From Mobula hypostoma (lineage: Eukaryota): a stretch of DNA of 64,000 nt. The translations under genes and the position numbers were made by a program. The first letter of the stretch is position 1. Each line of letters begins with the position of its first letter. The stretch covers positions 222,024,001-222,088,000 of the forward strand of contig NC_086097.1 of assembly GCF_963921235.1 (NCBI RefSeq). Reading direction: 5' to 3'. Below the pieces are notes generated by a model. It made no database searches and was not told the origin of the DNA. It saw only the letters and a program-made list of their open reading frames with translations. Positions 61,010 through 64,000 of the stretch are shown here, piece by piece.

Positions 61010-61450
61010 AGACCATATGAGGAAAGTCTGGCAGCTTATTCCCTGGAGTTCAGGAGAATGAGGGGGATTTCATAGAAACATTCCAAATGTTAGAAGTCCT
61101 GACCAGATTAGATATGGCAAAGTTATTTCCCATGGTAGGGGAGTCTAGGACAAGAAGGATGACTTCAGGATTGAAGGACATCCATTTAGAACAGAGATGC
61201 AGAGAAATTACTTTAGTCAGAGGGTGGTAAATCTGTGGAATTTGTTGCCACAAGCGGCTGTGGAGGCCAGGTCATTGGATACATTTAAGGCAGAGATAGA
61301 TAGGTTCTTGATTAGCCAGGGCATCAAAGGATATGGGGAGAAGGCAGGGGAGTTGGGATGACTGGAAGAATTGGATCAGCCATGACTATATGGCAGAGCA
61401 GGCTCGATGGGCTGAATGGCTCCTATATCTTCTTGTCTTATGGTCTTATA
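61010..61450 (+). mobile_element. CR1 3' fragment (further minus-strand CR1 remnants near 645-790, 23684-24020, 61475-62530, 63340-64000)
   Basis: [16 protein letters not shown] segments and CR1 3' UTR. Confidence 0.8.
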
Positions 61451-62620
61451 TCTAGCTAAATTATGTTCACAAAATCACAGAATGAAAGAATGAAAGAAGG
61501 CCATTCTGTCCAGTGATTCCGCATTTGCTTTGAGTAAAATAAATTCAGTTAATTCTACTCCCCAGCCTCTCTCCATAAACCTGCAAACCCTTCCATTCAA
61601 ATTGTCACCCATATCTTTTTTGAATACTGCAGCCCAAATGTACCTCTGCTGATACTCCAGGCTGCATATCCCTGAGTCCAACCACTCACTGAATAAACAT
61701 ATTATCCCTCATGCTACTTCTGGCCCTTTTGGCAAATACCAACATTTTATGGTTCTCGACATCTCTGCCAATGGAAATAATTTCTCTCTATCTACTTCCC
61801 TGTGCACCCTTCATGTCTCTTGGTACTTCTATGAGATCTCCTCTTAATCTCCTCTGGTCTAAGAGCAACCTCAATTTCTCCAATTCATCTGAATAAGCGA
61901 AGTCCCTCTTCTCTAGGATCATTTTCTGAAATTGTTTCTGCACACACTAAAGCTACTAATCTTATCTAAAATGTGGCATCCAGAACTCCAATTATAGACA
62001 AAATACTTTTAATATGAAGTTTAAAAATGTAATCTTATTCTCTGTGCCTCTACTTATAAAACCCATGATTCTGTATGGTGCTTTAACTGCTTTTTCAACT
62101 TTGCCTGTAACTTACAATGAGTACCCCCAAATGTCCTGGTTAGACCATACGGGCATAAGACATAGGAGCACAATTACGCCATTCGGCTCATCAAGTCTGC
62201 TCTGCCATTTCATCATGGCTGATCCATTTCCCTCTTAATCCCGTTCTCCTGCCTTCTCCCCAGAACATTTCATGCACCAACCAATCAAGAACCTTTCAAC
62301 CTCTGCTTTAAATTCACCCAATAACCTTGGCCTCCACAGCTGCCCATGGCACAAATTCCACGGATTCACCACCTTCTGGCTAAAGAAATTCCTCCTCATC
62401 TCTGTTCGCAAGTGACATTCTTCTATTCTGATGCTGTGCCCTCTGGTCCTATCACTGCCCCACTATAGGAAACGACTTCACCACATCCACTCTAAGCCTT
62501 TCAATATTCAGTAGGTTGCAATGAGTTCAACCGTTCTTGTATTCATTTATGCAGTTATTTTTTCTTTTCTTTTTCTTGCTAGCAAAATGTCACATTTGTT
62601 ACGTATACTACCATTCCACC

Positions 62621-63194
62621 ATTGGGGTGTATGGGGTGTCAGGGAGGGGTAGCACCTCTGGTGGAGGAACATGTCGCGTCCTTTTCAGGCGGTTAGTCCA
62701 CCTTTGGTCCCCACCTGGCACTCAACTCTCACCTGTGGCTCCCTGTAGCTGTTTGCATGCGACAGCGGCCATACCCCGGGCAACGGCTTCGACAAGCCGG
62801 CTAAACCAGGTGAGGGTAGCCAATGGGTCTCAAACCCTCGGTGTGATAGGGAGTTGTCTATCCCAGCATGTGAAGACAGACTCCGGCGGATTGAGCGGAC
62901 GAGACCTATGGAAGGTCCAACGGTCAAGAAGGCGGTCTCTGCAAGCGTCGTAGAACGTGTCGAGCAGGACAAGACACAGAAGATGTCCTGGTCATCCACT
63001 GCACCTAGTCTCATCTCCAGCCGTCTAGACGCTGTCTTGCCACTGGATCCAGATGGGAATTGGGAAGAGAGAGTGAGGCTGACGCTGCGCAACTCTCCCT
63101 CACTTAAATCCAAATCACGCGCTAGTCTCGACACCATCATAATGGTGTCGAGGTCCTCATCGACGTCAATGATGGACGAACAACCAACCAACCA
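62621..63194 (+). mobile_element. Young CpG-rich non-autonomous retroposon, probably RTE-derived, with (CAAC)n tail
   Basis: Perfect 11-bp TSD accattccacc (62610-62620, 63195-63205); short tandem tail. Confidence 0.85.
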
Positions 63195-64000
63195 ACCATT
63201 CCACCGAACTATCTACATTTCCCTCAAATCCACAACCATGCTGCTGAAAATTCACTGTACTCTCAAATTCTGTTTCATCTGCAAATGGGTAAATTGTTCT
63301 CTGAGTCATTAAAATGTTCAAAGAAAAATACTGGCCCAGCTATCCAGGCATCTTGTCCACATTTCCCTCCAGCCCAAACGTCTTTTTAATGAATATCTGC
63401 AGGCTTTCAGTGAGAAATGTACACCTTTATGCTAATTCTATCCTCCTTCAAATTTCTCGAACACTCTGATGTTAAACTGATTCCTTGAAGTTACTGGATG
63501 TTTCCCCACACTCTGTTTCTTTTTGAATAATGGTGTAACATTTGACATTTTCCAGTCCTCAGGTACCACCTATAGATGCCTGGAAGATTATGGCCAGGGT
63601 CTCTGTAATTTCATCCCTTGCTTTCCACAGCAACCTAGAATACATCCCATCTTGATCAGATAATTTGCTCAACTTAAGTGCAACTAACCCTTCTAATACC
63701 TCCTCTTTATCAATGTTTAGCATTCCAGAATCCCAACATCTTTTGATGAGATTTCAGCTGCAAATTCTTCCTCAAAAAAAAAGGTAAAATATCCATATAC
63801 CCCTGCTTCCAATTTTGGTCTCTGTTATTTAGTCCATCTCTCTTAAAAACCTCTTTTTACACATTCATAGATTGGATTCAGATATACTTTCAAATCTACT
63901 GCCAGTCTTTTCTCACGCTCTCTCTTTGCCTCTTTTACTTGGATTTTTCCTTCTTCTGCTGATTTCTGGTTTCCAGTTTGTTACAGAAAACACTTCACTG

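Noticed and set aside
62537..63312. Overlapping 138-168 aa ORFs on both strands
   Set aside because: Explained by a GC-rich young insertion; ORFs cross its boundaries and show no domain.

Overview
Eukaryotic, intron-rich vertebrate DNA. The repeat set (V-SINE, many CR1, Rex1/Babar, Penelope-derived short repeats, Tc1 and Chapaev3 derivatives) suggests a cartilaginous fish, probably a ray; this is an inference. One host gene spans nearly the whole window on the minus strand: TRPA1. I traced 18 consecutive coding exons from an ATG at 60826 down to 3094. All have GT-AG introns with compatible phases and give 2129 nt (709 codons + 2 nt) with no stop, covering the ankyrin array, the electrophile-sensing linker and the start of pre-S1. 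The transmembrane exons lie beyond the left edge, and an acceptor at 60909-60910 implies an upstream non-coding exon. The introns are mostly nested transposable elements. Main leads: (1) every hammerhead ribozyme core element, in a scrambled non-circular order, in the 3' UTR of a HERO-type retrotransposon fragment lying sense to TRPA1 just upstream of exon 4; (2) a box C/D snoRNA-shaped module near the 5' end of a two-copy non-autonomous retroposon; (3) substitutions around the TRPA1 reactive-cysteine pocket. TE family names and human TRPA1 comparisons come from recalled motifs, not database searches.
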